From an uncultured Nitrososphaerota archaeon (lineage in GTDB: Archaea; Thermoproteota; Nitrososphaeria; Nitrososphaerales; Gagatemarchaeaceae): a stretch of 64,000 nt of DNA. The translations under genes and the position numbers were made by a program. The notes below the pieces were generated by a model. It searched no databases. It saw nothing but the letters and a program-made list of their open reading frames with translations, and was not told the DNA's origin. The stretch is taken from NCBI GenBank assembly GCA_963703285.1, contig OY969807.1, positions 32,001 to 96,000 on the forward strand. The letters run 5' to 3'. Of the stretch, positions 46,553-57,072 are shown in pieces; positions within the stretch are counted from its first letter, which is position 1; each line of letters starts with the position of its first letter.

Positions 46553-46743
46553 CCGCACGTCCTATCCCATGGCCATGCATTCTGGAATCGTCTGGACTGG
46601 ATTCGGCCCGCGGGTGTGCGTCGATTCAAAGCTCGGCTTGGCGCCCTCTCGACCCTTCGAGGCGAGGAATGGAATATTAGTGAGATTTGTGCCACGATTA
46701 TTTTTTAGAGCCCTAAAACGGTTCTCTTGCCCCTAGAATCGCC

Positions 46744-46780
46744 CGAATTGTAGACAATTCGTCCACTCTCCTTATATACT
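46744..46780 (+). promoter_or_regulatory. palindromic site plus TATA box upstream of the putative S-layer operon
   Basis: CGAATTGT-AG-ACAATTCG (46744-46761), then CTTATATA (46772-46779). Confidence 0.65.
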
Positions 46781-46798
46781 GATTTCAAGCGACCTGCC

Positions 46799-49700
46799 AT
46801 GAAAATAATGAATACATCTTCGATGTATTTCAACAAATTCAGTTCGGGAACTATACTAGCATTGCTAGCACTGTCAGGAATGCTGTTGCTGGTACCAGCA
46901 GTGGTACCGGCACATGCAGCAGGAAACGCAAGTCTTCCATCCCTCACCGCTGCGCCAAACACATTGCTTAGCGCGAACACCCCAGTCACCTTCACAACGA
47001 CTAACCCCTCGTCAAACGCATACGCACTAACCAGCATGACGATCATCGCACCAAGCGGTTGGTCGTTTGTCCTTGCCACCTTCTCTTGTCCAACAGGACT
47101 AACGTTACTCGGGGCCTCGTCGACCTCAGCGTTCCAATGCACGGGAACTCTGCCTCCTGGCTTCAGTGCCACCGCAACAGGCACAGTAACGCCAGTCACC
47201 GCAAACACAGGTCCGGCAGCCACGGGCACATTCTCGTCTGCCGTTGTTGACGCGTCTTCAAGCGCATCGTACAACGGTCCGACGGTCGTCTTGTACTCGA
47301 TAGCAGCTGGAACCACCGTCTCTTGTGTAACCCCAATCGGCGCAGGCACCTGTGCAGCCCCAGGAGGAACGAACTTCATCGCAGGTAGCGCTCCGATAAC
47401 CGTTACGGCGACCCTGAGCACCAACCAGGCAGGCGTGCCCATCGTCTTCTCCGTGACGACGGCTCCATCGGCAGGCTTCACCGCGACTGTCTCACCGACA
47501 TCTTCAACGACAACAGCTGGTGCAACACAAAGCAGCGCAACGACATCCTTCACTCCAAGCAACCACTTCCCTGACACGACGACCATAACCGCAACCATCG
47601 GCACCTCAGGCACACACGGCGCATCTGGTGTCATCTCGACCGTTGCCGGAAGTCCGTCAACTGTCGGATGGACCTACGCAGGCCCCACATCGTTCAACGC
47701 TGGAAAGACATTCTACCTCAGCACCGGATACTTCGGCCTTCCCACATACGCAGGAGCCACGAGGATGGCTGAATTCCCATTCGGAGCGCTAAGTGGCCCG
47801 TTCACGGTCTCGGTGTCTGATTCCTTTGGCAACGCCATCGCCTACAACAACGCCAATCTCGCCGGCGTGGCCATCACCGTCGCCGCTTCTGGCGGCTCAG
47901 GCTTCGATAACGGTGGAACCGCGCTGCTCAGCACGATATCTTGTGCAACAGTCGGCATCAACAACTGCAACGCAGCCGGCGGCGGACAGATCGACCTCAA
48001 CTACTTCCAGGGCTATACCTATGGATTCGTTGGGGCCCTGAGCGCGCTGATAACCGGCACCTACTTCGGTACCGCGTTCTCAGTTAGCTCGACCAGCGGG
48101 AACATCATCACCGGAACCGACACGACATACACGATAGCGGCAGCCTCTCTCGCCCCAGGTGCAGGAACTACCGACAAGATCACCGTCACACCAGTAGGTG
48201 GCCTTACTCAGCCGGGAGTCCCAGTGACCTTCAACCTCTGCGGATTCCAGGTAGGAGCCACCGTATGTCCGGGCGTAACGACCGGATACACGGGAAGCTT
48301 CGTCGGTGGAGGCCAGACCGGCTTCGGAGCGACGACAGGCGGCGCAACCGGAACAGCGACGGCGACCTACACAGTCGATACGGCGCTGAACAGCAAGGGT
48401 GAATGGAACGCAACATACGCAGCACCAACTACAGCAGCTCCAAAGACGGTCGCTAGCGCGGGCCTAACCGGCGTCGCGATTACAGGACCGGGCGCGGCAG
48501 CCTCCTTCACGTCTCTAGTCTACTTCGACCAAGGAGTCACGGCGCTCAGTAGCACGCCCTCCATCGTTCCAGGCGGAATCATGTACGTCAACGTGCAACT
48601 CGTGGACGAATTCGGCAACCCCACGACGAACACGGGCGTAACCCAGATTCAGGTCCAGCTGTCCGTAACCGCACCCTCGACGATCGCGGTCCAGTCGGCC
48701 TACATCCCATTCGGCGGCTCCAACACGGTCGCAACCTTCGGGTACATCCAATGGACGGTTCCATCCACGGTCGCAGTCGGCTCGGTGCTGACCCTGACCA
48801 TGAACGGAGTAGTCAATGGGATCCAACTCTCACCAGCTCCATCGTACACAGTGAAGGTCGTCTCACCACTACCGACCCTGAACGTCCTGGCACCGACTCC
48901 ATCCTCGAGCGGATACATCTACTCATCCACGACAGGGGTAACCTTCAAGGGATGGGCTAACGTCTCCGCAGGTTACTCCCCGCTGACGACACACATAGCA
49001 ACCGTAGGCTACAAGGTCGGCACGACACCGTGGGTACAGACGGCAGGCTCGGGTACCGCGACTGACAACTACATCCTCTCCCTCTTCATGCCAGTCGGCC
49101 TGAGCACCCTCCAGATCAACGCAACAGACAACACACACGCAAAGAACACGGCTGTAAGCCAAGTCTACAACGTACTTGTGGACACGCAGCCCCCGACGTT
49201 CACCTTCAGCACAGCTTCTTCCAACAACGGATGCGTCACTGTGACAGCGGCGACCGCTGAGGGCGACTTCAACGAAGCCCTTACCGGCACAGGTGCATTC
49301 AGCGCCTCGTTCGGCGGAGTAGCAGTCTCAAGCGGAGCCATAACATGGGCCGGAACGCAGACGCCCGGAACAGCCGGGAGCGTCGCCGCGACCATCTGTG
49401 GCCTCGTCTCTCAGACGGCAACATTCTCCGTGACGGGCAGCACCCTGGCTGGATTGAGCTCGACAAACAGTGAGTCACTCACAGTCACTGTTCCGTTCGC
49501 AGACTCGGTCACCTTCAACACAGCGACAGCAACCTACGGAACTGTTGGCGCCTACTCGGGTGTCACAGTCACCGTGACCAACGGTTGGAACACAGCTCAG
49601 ACCCTAGTCATCTACGCGACCTTCAAGTCCGGAACCAGCATCTACGTGGCAGACGGTACGGTAACCCTCGCCGCCGGTGCATCCGCGCCAGTGTTCTGCA

Positions 49701-49810
49701 TTGACGTGATCCCCATCCCGGCAGGTTCGTACACTGTCACATTCGCGGCCGTGACCACCTCCAACCAGGCGGTCTCCGCACCAACAACTGGCATCACCCT
49801 GGTAACTTAG
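46799..49810 (+). CDS. large secreted Thr/Gly/Ala-rich surface protein, probable S-layer main subunit (SlaA-like)
   Basis: Signal peptide, 1003 aa, very few charged residues, beta-rich, several Cys pairs, no C-terminal TM. Confidence 0.7.
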   Translation: MKIMNTSSMYFNKFSSGTILALLALSGMLLLVPAVVPAHAAGNASLPSLTAAPNTLLSANTPVTFTTTNPSSNAYALTSMTIIAPSGWSFVLATFSCPTGLTLLGASSTSAFQCTGTLPPGFSATATGTVTPVTANTGPAATGTFSSAVVDASSSASYNGPTVVLYSIAAGTTVSCVTPIGAGTCAAPGGTNFIAGSAPITVTATLSTNQAGVPIVFSVTTAPSAGFTATVSPTSSTTTAGATQSSATTSFTPSNHFPDTTTITATIGTSGTHGASGVISTVAGSPSTVGWTYAGPTSFNAGKTFYLSTGYFGLPTYAGATRMAEFPFGALSGPFTVSVSDSFGNAIAYNNANLAGVAITVAASGGSGFDNGGTALLSTISCATVGINNCNAAGGGQIDLNYFQGYTYGFVGALSALITGTYFGTAFSVSSTSGNIITGTDTTYTIAAASLAPGAGTTDKITVTPVGGLTQPGVPVTFNLCGFQVGATVCPGVTTGYTGSFVGGGQTGFGATTGGATGTATATYTVDTALNSKGEWNATYAAPTTAAPKTVASAGLTGVAITGPGAAASFTSLVYFDQGVTALSSTPSIVPGGIMYVNVQLVDEFGNPTTNTGVTQIQVQLSVTAPSTIAVQSAYIPFGGSNTVATFGYIQWTVPSTVAVGSVLTLTMNGVVNGIQLSPAPSYTVKVVSPLPTLNVLAPTPSSSGYIYSSTTGVTFKGWANVSAGYSPLTTHIATVGYKVGTTPWVQTAGSGTATDNYILSLFMPVGLSTLQINATDNTHAKNTAVSQVYNVLVDTQPPTFTFSTASSNNGCVTVTAATAEGDFNEALTGTGAFSASFGGVAVSSGAITWAGTQTPGTAGSVAATICGLVSQTATFSVTGSTLAGLSSTNSESLTVTVPFADSVTFNTATATYGTVGAYSGVTVTVTNGWNTAQTLVIYATFKSGTSIYVADGTVTLAAGASAPVFCIDVIPIPAGSYTVTFAAVTTSNQAVSAPTTGITLVT

Positions 49811-49818
49811 GTGAGAGC

Positions 49819-51006
49819 ATGAAACTCCAACTCCTCGCAATCCCGCTGCTCTTGGCACTGGTGCTGTCACCCTTGGCGGCAGCCGCGGCGACCGGCTCGA
49901 TATCTTTCACGAGTCCGACCGCCGGGTCGTCGTTCACCGGTACAGCATCCTACACGATCAGCGGAACAATCACTCCGACCCCAACACTCCCTGACAACGT
50001 CTTCATCTCGGTCACGAATCCGGCCGGAGCCGTCGTAGACGCGCAGCAAGTGTCCGCGGCCGCAGGTGGAACTTTCTCCTACCCCACAAACGTAGGAGCA
50101 AGCTCCGCGTGGTCCAGCGGAACGTACACGATCACGGCCACCGACTCTAACGGCGCGACAGGGACGACGACGTTCAAGTACACCGCATCAGTCTCAACCA
50201 CAACAGGAGCCGTAACGGTCTTCGGACCCAGCGTGCTAACGACAGGTCAGACAGCGGACATAGTCATCTGGTCCTCGGCGCCCGGGACGGTAACGGCCTG
50301 GGTACTGCCGGCAGGTGCAACGTCCACTACTCCCCTGACGACGGCACGGGTCAGCCTCGGAGCCGGATACTACGTCTACACGGGTAGCTATGCGGTCGCA
50401 GCGACAGCTGCTACCGGACCCTACCTCGTGGGCGCATCTATCTCCAACTCGACCTCAGGGTTCACCGGAAGTGGCATTAGCTCGTTCACAGTGAACGGCG
50501 GACTCGCCACCTCGGCGGCTCAAGCCCAGATCCTCACCAACATCGGGACACTCACCACCAACCTCGCCACACTTCAGACCGCAGTCACTACGGGCTTTGC
50601 AGGGCTGACGACAAACATCGCCAACATCGGCAAGAACCTGACCGCGGACACTGCTACAATCACCAGCACACTCGGCACGATCTCCAGCTCTCTCACCGGC
50701 ATAGCATCAGCTGCGACAGCGGCGCAAACTGCGGCCCAGGCAGCCCAAACGGCTGTCACGAGCCTGCAGAACACCGTGAACACCCTCTCCACTACAGTCA
50801 ACGGCATCACTGGCACCCTCACTGCCATCCAGTCGTCTCTGAGCACCATCAGTTCAACTGTTAGCGGCCTATCGGGTCTCACGACCTCCGTTAACAACAT
50901 GAACTCGACGGTCTCGAACGACCAGACCTACATTCTGGTCGTAGCGGCTCTGGTAGTCATAACCCTAGTCCTCGAACTCGCCATATTGATCAGAAAGATG
51001 TCCTAA
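49819..51006 (+). CDS. probable S-layer anchor/stalk subunit (SlaB-like)
   Basis: Signal peptide, Ig-like region, long heptad-like Thr/Ser/Ala helix and C-terminal TM followed by RKMS. Confidence 0.7.
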   Translation: MKLQLLAIPLLLALVLSPLAAAAATGSISFTSPTAGSSFTGTASYTISGTITPTPTLPDNVFISVTNPAGAVVDAQQVSAAAGGTFSYPTNVGASSAWSSGTYTITATDSNGATGTTTFKYTASVSTTTGAVTVFGPSVLTTGQTADIVIWSSAPGTVTAWVLPAGATSTTPLTTARVSLGAGYYVYTGSYAVAATAATGPYLVGASISNSTSGFTGSGISSFTVNGGLATSAAQAQILTNIGTLTTNLATLQTAVTTGFAGLTTNIANIGKNLTADTATITSTLGTISSSLTGIASAATAAQTAAQAAQTAVTSLQNTVNTLSTTVNGITGTLTAIQSSLSTISSTVSGLSGLTTSVNNMNSTVSNDQTYILVVAALVVITLVLELAILIRKMS

Positions 51007-51014
51007 ACGGGCAC

Positions 51015-51035
51015 CTTTCTCTTCCTCTTTTTATT
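51015..51035 (+). terminator. pyrimidine/T-rich archaeal terminator
   Basis: CTTTCTCTTCCTCTTTTTATT just after the stop codon. Confidence 0.55.
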
Positions 51036-51100
51036 AGAAGACTCCTAGCGTAAGCTCCGCCGTTCTCTGGCGCTTAAATAAGCCCCCGCCGTCCTCTGTC

Positions 51101-52643
51101 ATGAAGGCTATCAGCTCCGTCTACGGCTTCATCCTCATCTTCCTGCTCTCGATGGCTTCGATTCAGACCTGGTCGTCCGCCGTGGGGGCGATGGAGGGCA
51201 TCCAGGGGGCCGCTGACGAGGGTCACCAGCAACAGCAACTCCAGGGCCTGGAGCACCTCTCGCTCTCCGTCTCGGGCCAGAACCTCACTATCACCAACGA
51301 CGGACAGATACCCTCGACTCTCGAGTACCTGAGGTACGTTTCAGAGAACAGCTCGCGGACGGTTCCGATCGGGGTGCAGCTCGGAGTCGGAGGTTCGGTC
51401 GTGGAGAGGGTGACGGGCTCGGTCTCGGTCGAGGTGCTGACCTCCTTGGGAAACGTCTTCGTCCTCTCACCCGGTTCTGAGCCTCCCGGCATGGTCTGGT
51501 CGCAACCCTCGGGGGCGGCCGGGGCGGGAAACGACCAGAATCTTCGAACCCTACGAAGGATCCTACTTCTACGTCAGCTCGGGACCGCGGGTCTACGCGT
51601 TCTCCTCATCCGGGGCGTACCTGTGGTCCTTCGATGCCGGCGCAGGCGAGGTCACAGACGTGATGCCAATCTCAGGAGGGTTCGTCTACGTCTCGGTCGC
51701 GTACGGCTCTATCACCGACGTCGGGGCACTCTTCGAGCTGGACTCGGCAGGCCGGGTCCTAGCCTCCTTCACGGTCAGGGTCCTCGCCACGTCTAGCCCC
51801 TCGCTCTATCCGGTTTCGCAGTCAATCTCGATGGGTGAGGACTCGGGATACGTCTACTACGACGGCTGGTTCTACGGCCCCGGCGGCCCGTCGGTCTCCC
51901 TCACGGCCGAGGACCCGCAGCTCGCGTCCACCGACTCCTCGAGCTTCTACGTGTACTCGCCTCTCGGGGGGTCCAGCAACGGAGCCTGCCAGCCGGGCGG
52001 AAATGAGGAGGTCTTGAGCTCCTACCACCCTGGCCCGGGTACCAACGGTACTTCCGCGACCAACTGGACAGCCTACGCGTACGTCGGACCATGCACCCGC
52101 TACGACCCGCAGCTCCTCGGCGCGAGCACGGGCGGCGGACTCCTGGTGGCGCTCTTCGGGGCGCCGTACTTCAGCAACTCTCTCGCCGGGGCGCTGCCCG
52201 GGTACGACCCCTACATCGTGGCCATCTCCCAGTCCGGGGAAGTCAAGTACGACGCACAGGCTCCGACTAACGGCTTTGCGGCGATCGCGACCGACGGGTC
52301 GAACGTCTATCTCTCGTTGCCGGAGCTCGATGAGGTGGACGTGCTCTCGCTGTCCACGAACTCTACGAGCACGTACAACCTAGGGTTCCCGGCGACGGAC
52401 CTGATATGCGACTTCGGCCTGCTCTTCGCGGTATCCCGGAGCCAGGTGAACGTATACGACGGCAGCATGCAGCTGATAAAGTCAATCAGCCTGGAGCCGC
52501 TTTCTCTCTCTTCTTTCTCGAACTCGCTCTCACTAGGCTCCGCGATGCAAGCCCCGTCGTTTGTTGTGCTCAATGACACGAGCTACGCGGCCCTGGCCGT
52601 GAACGCCACCGGGTTCTCCTCCCTCGTCGTGGGGAGTTACTGA
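51101..52643 (+). CDS. surface protein with class III signal-like N-terminus and beta-propeller-like C-terminus; one frameshift near 51539
   Basis: MKAISSVYGFILIFLL N-terminus; frame continues as IFEPYEGSYFYVSSGPRVYAF... into the 51660 ORF. Confidence 0.65.
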
Positions 52644-52673
52644 AGCCGTCGGAATCCCATCTCTTAATTAGCC

Positions 52674-54302
52674 TTGGGCGGAACCGAGGCGCCAATCCGG
52701 AGAAACATCAGCCAGTTGTCCCACGCCGAGATCGCCCGCAGGTCCGCCCGTGGTTCCGTCGCCCTGTTCGCGGGGAACTTCACCACGACGGCCATCGCCT
52801 TCGTCGCCATCACCATCATCGCACGGCTGCTGGGCCCGAGCCAGTACGGCGTCTACACCCTCTCCATCCTGATTCCAAACCTCCTCCTCAACGTCCTGGG
52901 ATTCGGCGTCACTTCGGGCATAACCCGCTACGCGGCGTACCACATCTCGCGCGGGAACCCCGACGAGGCGAGGAGGATGACCCTGAACGGCGTGTCCTTC
53001 ATACTGATCTTCGGCGCCGTGCTGGCCGCCGTCTCGTTTGCGAGCGCCGGGTTCCTCGCGGACCTCGTCCTCAAGAGGCCCGAGATCGCGCCGCTCGTCA
53101 GGTTCGCCTCCCTCCTCATCTTCGGTCAGGCCATATTCCAGTCGGGCATCGCCGCGCTACTGGGCTGGAGCCAGATGGGCGACATCAGCATCACGAACGT
53201 CTCCCAGGCGATCCTCCGACTGCTCGTCGCAGTCCCCCTCGTGGTGATCGGCTTCGCGGTCTACGGCGCGCTAGCAGGCTACGTCGTCTCGCTCTGCGTC
53301 GCCGGCATCATCGCGTTGCTCATGGTCTTGAGGAAGATGAAGGGCGCCCGGTTCAGGCCTTTGCAGAGCTTCACCTCAGACGTCCGCACGATGCTGGCGT
53401 ACTCTCGGACGCTCTTCGTCGGCCTCTTCGCCTCGAACATCATGCCACAGTACGTCGTCGTCGTCTTGGCCGCCTTCGCCGCCAACAGCTACGTCGGATT
53501 CTACCAGTCGGCGAACAACTACGTTACAGCGATAACCCTCACCTCCGGCGCGATGACCCAGGCTCTATTCCCAGCGTTCGCCCATCTCGAGGGCACGAAG
53601 GGCGACCTGAAGCTCGCCTTCGCATACGCGGCGAAGTACATGGGCTTCGTGCTCGCCCCGATCATCTTCTTCTTGATGGGTGCCTCGGTCCAGCTGATCC
53701 GAGTGACCTTGGGGTCCTCCTACAGCGTCGCCTCCGGATACCTCTCGCTCCTCGCATTCGCCAACATCTCGATCCTCTTCGGTCAGGGCGTGCTGCCGTC
53801 CTTCTTCAACGGCGTCGGAAGCCCGAGGTACTACATGATGTTCAGCCTCGTGGCAGCGGGCTCCCTCTTTGCGCTCGCCCCCGCCCTCTCCATCGGCCTC
53901 GGGATCGGAGTGCCTGGACTCATCTACTCGATTCTGGCAGCGAACCTAATCGGCGTTAGCGTTGGCCTCTACCTTGGGAGGCGTCATTTCGCCGCGCAGA
54001 TAGACGTGAAGGCGACCCTGTCAATCCTGGCCTCCTCGATTCTTGCGTTCCTCGCAGTGGTCCCGCTCGAGACCTCTCACTTCGACGGCGTCGTCCTGCT
54101 GCTGGCTGAGATAGCCATCTTTGTCGCAGTATACCTCACGGCAGCGCCCATCCTCAGGGCGCTCACGACCCAGGATCTCGAAGTTCTGGAGTCGGCTGTT
54201 GCTGGTCTGGGCAGGTTCAAGTCGCTGGTCCTCCCAATCCTGGGCTACGAGCGCTTTGTGATTCTTCACACTCGTGGAGAGGGCGGGTCTGGTCAGCCCT
54301 AG
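52674..54302 (+). CDS. oligosaccharide flippase family (Wzx/MOP) protein
   Basis: IARLLGPSQYG motif, many TM helices, VGFYQSA and LFPAF. Confidence 0.88.
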   Translation: MGGTEAPIRRNISQLSHAEIARRSARGSVALFAGNFTTTAIAFVAITIIARLLGPSQYGVYTLSILIPNLLLNVLGFGVTSGITRYAAYHISRGNPDEARRMTLNGVSFILIFGAVLAAVSFASAGFLADLVLKRPEIAPLVRFASLLIFGQAIFQSGIAALLGWSQMGDISITNVSQAILRLLVAVPLVVIGFAVYGALAGYVVSLCVAGIIALLMVLRKMKGARFRPLQSFTSDVRTMLAYSRTLFVGLFASNIMPQYVVVVLAAFAANSYVGFYQSANNYVTAITLTSGAMTQALFPAFAHLEGTKGDLKLAFAYAAKYMGFVLAPIIFFLMGASVQLIRVTLGSSYSVASGYLSLLAFANISILFGQGVLPSFFNGVGSPRYYMMFSLVAAGSLFALAPALSIGLGIGVPGLIYSILAANLIGVSVGLYLGRRHFAAQIDVKATLSILASSILAFLAVVPLETSHFDGVVLLLAEIAIFVAVYLTAAPILRALTTQDLEVLESAVAGLGRFKSLVLPILGYERFVILHTRGEGGSGQP

Positions 54303-54344
54303 CCAATGCAAGGCTTTTATCGAAGTGGCTGGCCCCGTTTTTCA

Positions 54345-55163
54345 ATGAACCGGGCGAGGATGGTCCTTCCGGCACTTGCCCTTGCGGCTCTGCTGCTGGG
54401 CGCCGTCGGGACGGTGAGCGCTGCGAGTCCGGGTTACGCGGTCTACGGGGTCCAGGTGTCTTACATGGGGACTTCGCACAGCGTAACGGTGAACGAGTCA
54501 CTCTCCGCGACCACCAGCGCGAGCTACGACAAGCTCATCCTCTCCGTCGTCTCGGGCAACTCCACGTACAGCTACTCCACGCAGATAAACTCGTCACTGG
54601 ACGTATCCCCCTTCGTGCCCTCCATCTCCAACCAGAGCTTCACCTACACGTCCAACTCGACGACCGTTTCTGTATCAGTCATGAAGAACGGGTCGACACC
54701 GGTCCAATTCCACGGGTCTAGCTACTCCCTGACGAGCTACGCGGTGAAGGCGGCAGCCACCTCCAACGGGACCACCGAGACGGTCGACGCGGGACTCTTG
54801 ACCTTCCCATCTGGTTTGATTTACTCTGTAAAGGCCAGCATCCCTGTCCCCAACATCGATAGTCTGGGGAACCTCACCGTGCCCGGCCTGACAACGGGCG
54901 CTGGGCTCGGCTCGCTGGGCCTTGGTCCGGACACCGCCGTCTCGTCGATTGCGACCACCTCCGGAACGGCGACGCTGAGCGTCACACTTCTATCCACATC
55001 GCTGCAACTATCGGGTCCCGCTTCATCCGCGACCGAGCAGGTCGCGTCGATTGGTATCGGCGCCGGCGCTGTGGCGGGGGTACTCGCGCTCGGGCTGAGC
55101 GTCCACAACAGGCGCAGGCACAAGCCGGAAGCAGCTCCGAAGCCCGAGTACGCTGTGGACTGA
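54345..55163 (+). CDS. secreted protein with C-terminal membrane anchor
   Basis: Signal peptide, Ser/Thr-rich body, C-terminal TM and basic tail. Confidence 0.75.
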   Translation: MNRARMVLPALALAALLLGAVGTVSAASPGYAVYGVQVSYMGTSHSVTVNESLSATTSASYDKLILSVVSGNSTYSYSTQINSSLDVSPFVPSISNQSFTYTSNSTTVSVSVMKNGSTPVQFHGSSYSLTSYAVKAAATSNGTTETVDAGLLTFPSGLIYSVKASIPVPNIDSLGNLTVPGLTTGAGLGSLGLGPDTAVSSIATTSGTATLSVTLLSTSLQLSGPASSATEQVASIGIGAGAVAGVLALGLSVHNRRRHKPEAAPKPEYAVD

Positions 55164-55195
55164 CACCCGACCCTTCGTTCCAGATGGGACAATAG

Positions 55196-56128
55196 TTGGA
55201 CGATGTTCTAAGATTCGAAGAAGCGGTCAAGGATTACGGCTCGAAGAAGATTGGTCCCATCAGCCTCTCGGTGAAGCGGGGAGAGGTTCTCGGGCTGCTG
55301 GGCCCGAACGGCGCGGGGAAGTCGACCTCGATCAGGCTCGCGCTGGGGCTCTCGCGCCCGTCTTCGGGCAGGGTGTTCACAATGGGACTGAACCCGATCC
55401 GGGACCACGTCGGGGCGCTCCGCAATGTCGGATACTCCCCAGAACTGCCGAACCTTCAGACCTTTCTTACTCCGGGCGAGCTGCTGGAGCTCATCGGCAG
55501 AGAGCTCGGGCTGAGCTCCTCAGCGTCGGGGGCGCAGATACCCGTCGTCCTGGAGTCGGTGGGTCTCCTCGAGTACCGTGACCAGCGAATAGGACGGCTG
55601 TCAAAGGGGATGGTCCAGAGGCTTAGCGTCGCGCAGGCGCTGCTCGGCACTCCTTCTCTCCTGATACTCGACGAGCCCATGATAGGGATAGACCCGGCGG
55701 GGGTCGTCCACTTCCGGTCCCTCTTCAGGCAGTTCGTGGCCAACGGGGGGACTATTGTCATGTCCTCCCACGTGATGCCCGAGGTTGAGAACCTCTGCAC
55801 CAGCGTGGCGATAGTCCACTCCGGGAGGCTGGTCTTCAGGGGGGAAATCTCGGACTTCATAACGAGCTCGCTCGACACGCGGCTGGTACTGGTCGAGGTG
55901 CAATCTCCCTCGGCGGAGCTTGTCGAGAGGCTGAAGAAGATACCCGGGGTCGTGAGCGTCGCGGCCGCCGGCACCGAGGTGACCATCAAGACCGAGAAGG
56001 GCGCCGACCCCAGGGGCGAGATCTCCAGCGCGGTCGTGGAGATGAACGCGGGGCTGCTCGCCATGGGATACTCTAGGAGCGAGATAGACGAAGCCTACCT
56101 CGCCGCCATAAGGGGGTCAAGCGCGTGA
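55196..56128 (+). CDS. ABC transporter ATP-binding protein
   Basis: GPNGAGKST, LSKGM, ILDEP and SSH motifs. Confidence 0.95.
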   Translation: MDDVLRFEEAVKDYGSKKIGPISLSVKRGEVLGLLGPNGAGKSTSIRLALGLSRPSSGRVFTMGLNPIRDHVGALRNVGYSPELPNLQTFLTPGELLELIGRELGLSSSASGAQIPVVLESVGLLEYRDQRIGRLSKGMVQRLSVAQALLGTPSLLILDEPMIGIDPAGVVHFRSLFRQFVANGGTIVMSSHVMPEVENLCTSVAIVHSGRLVFRGEISDFITSSLDTRLVLVEVQSPSAELVERLKKIPGVVSVAAAGTEVTIKTEKGADPRGEISSAVVEMNAGLLAMGYSRSEIDEAYLAAIRGSSA

Positions 56129-57006
56129 ACGCCGCGCGAGTCTGGGCGTTCGCCCGCTACGAGATCAGGAGGGCCACGGCCCGAAAGAAGGTCCTCGTGC
56201 TCGTCATCATGACCATCCTCGTGAGCACAGTCCCGGTGGTCCTTATCAGGTCCGTCGGGCTTTCGTTGGCGAGTTCGGCACAGGGTCCCGCCGGAGGTTC
56301 TCTCCTCACACCTCAAGACTATCCTTACATGTGGGTCTTGGGGATATTCCTCGTGCAGGGCTTCTTCCTCCCCTTCACCGCCCTGCTCATCGCCGCCGGG
56401 TCTATGTCCGAGGAGTACGAGCAGGGGACGGCCGAGGTCCTCCTCTCCAAGCCCGTGACGAGGGACGACTACTTCGCAGGCAAGTTCCTCGGTGGCTTCA
56501 TCCTCATCACGGCGGTGATTCTTCTGGGCGCAACCCTGAGCGTGACAGCATCGACCTTCACCTTCGGGGTTCAGGAAGCTCTTAACATCGTTCCGCCCGT
56601 CGTGCTCTCCCAGGTGTATTCTGCCCTGGTCTTCTTCACGGTGGCGTTCATGTCGGGTGAGCTTCTCAGGCGGTCCTCGCTCTCCTACATCACCGCCTCC
56701 GCGGTGTACTTCGTCAGCGAGGTAGCGGGCATAATCCTGAGGATCATCTACACCCTCACGGGCGACTCATTCTACCAACAGATCAACGTCTACCTCCCCA
56801 CCACCCCCGTCACCTCCCTGCCACTTCAGATCGGACTTCCAGGACTTCCTGCCGGAGCGAAGTCCATCCTCTCGATTATAGGGACCGGGCCCGCCGAGAC
56901 TTCCGTTGCGCTCTCGATTGGGCTGATAGCGGCCTACGCGATCGTCGCCACGGCGATAGCGCGCACCTACTTCAACTGGGTCGACGTCGCCAAGCGCGTC
57001 TCCTGA
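56125..57006 (+). CDS. ABC-2 type transporter permease
   Basis: SEEYEQGT.EVLLSKPVTR...GKF motif and multiple TM helices. Confidence 0.9.
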   Translation: MNAARVWAFARYEIRRATARKKVLVLVIMTILVSTVPVVLIRSVGLSLASSAQGPAGGSLLTPQDYPYMWVLGIFLVQGFFLPFTALLIAAGSMSEEYEQGTAEVLLSKPVTRDDYFAGKFLGGFILITAVILLGATLSVTASTFTFGVQEALNIVPPVVLSQVYSALVFFTVAFMSGELLRRSSLSYITASAVYFVSEVAGIILRIIYTLTGDSFYQQINVYLPTTPVTSLPLQIGLPGLPAGAKSILSIIGTGPAETSVALSIGLIAAYAIVATAIARTYFNWVDVAKRVS

Positions 57007-57072
57007 CACCGAACCTGATTAATAACGTCAGGAGACCATGCTGGCCGAGAACGCGTTGGCCACGAGGATCCC

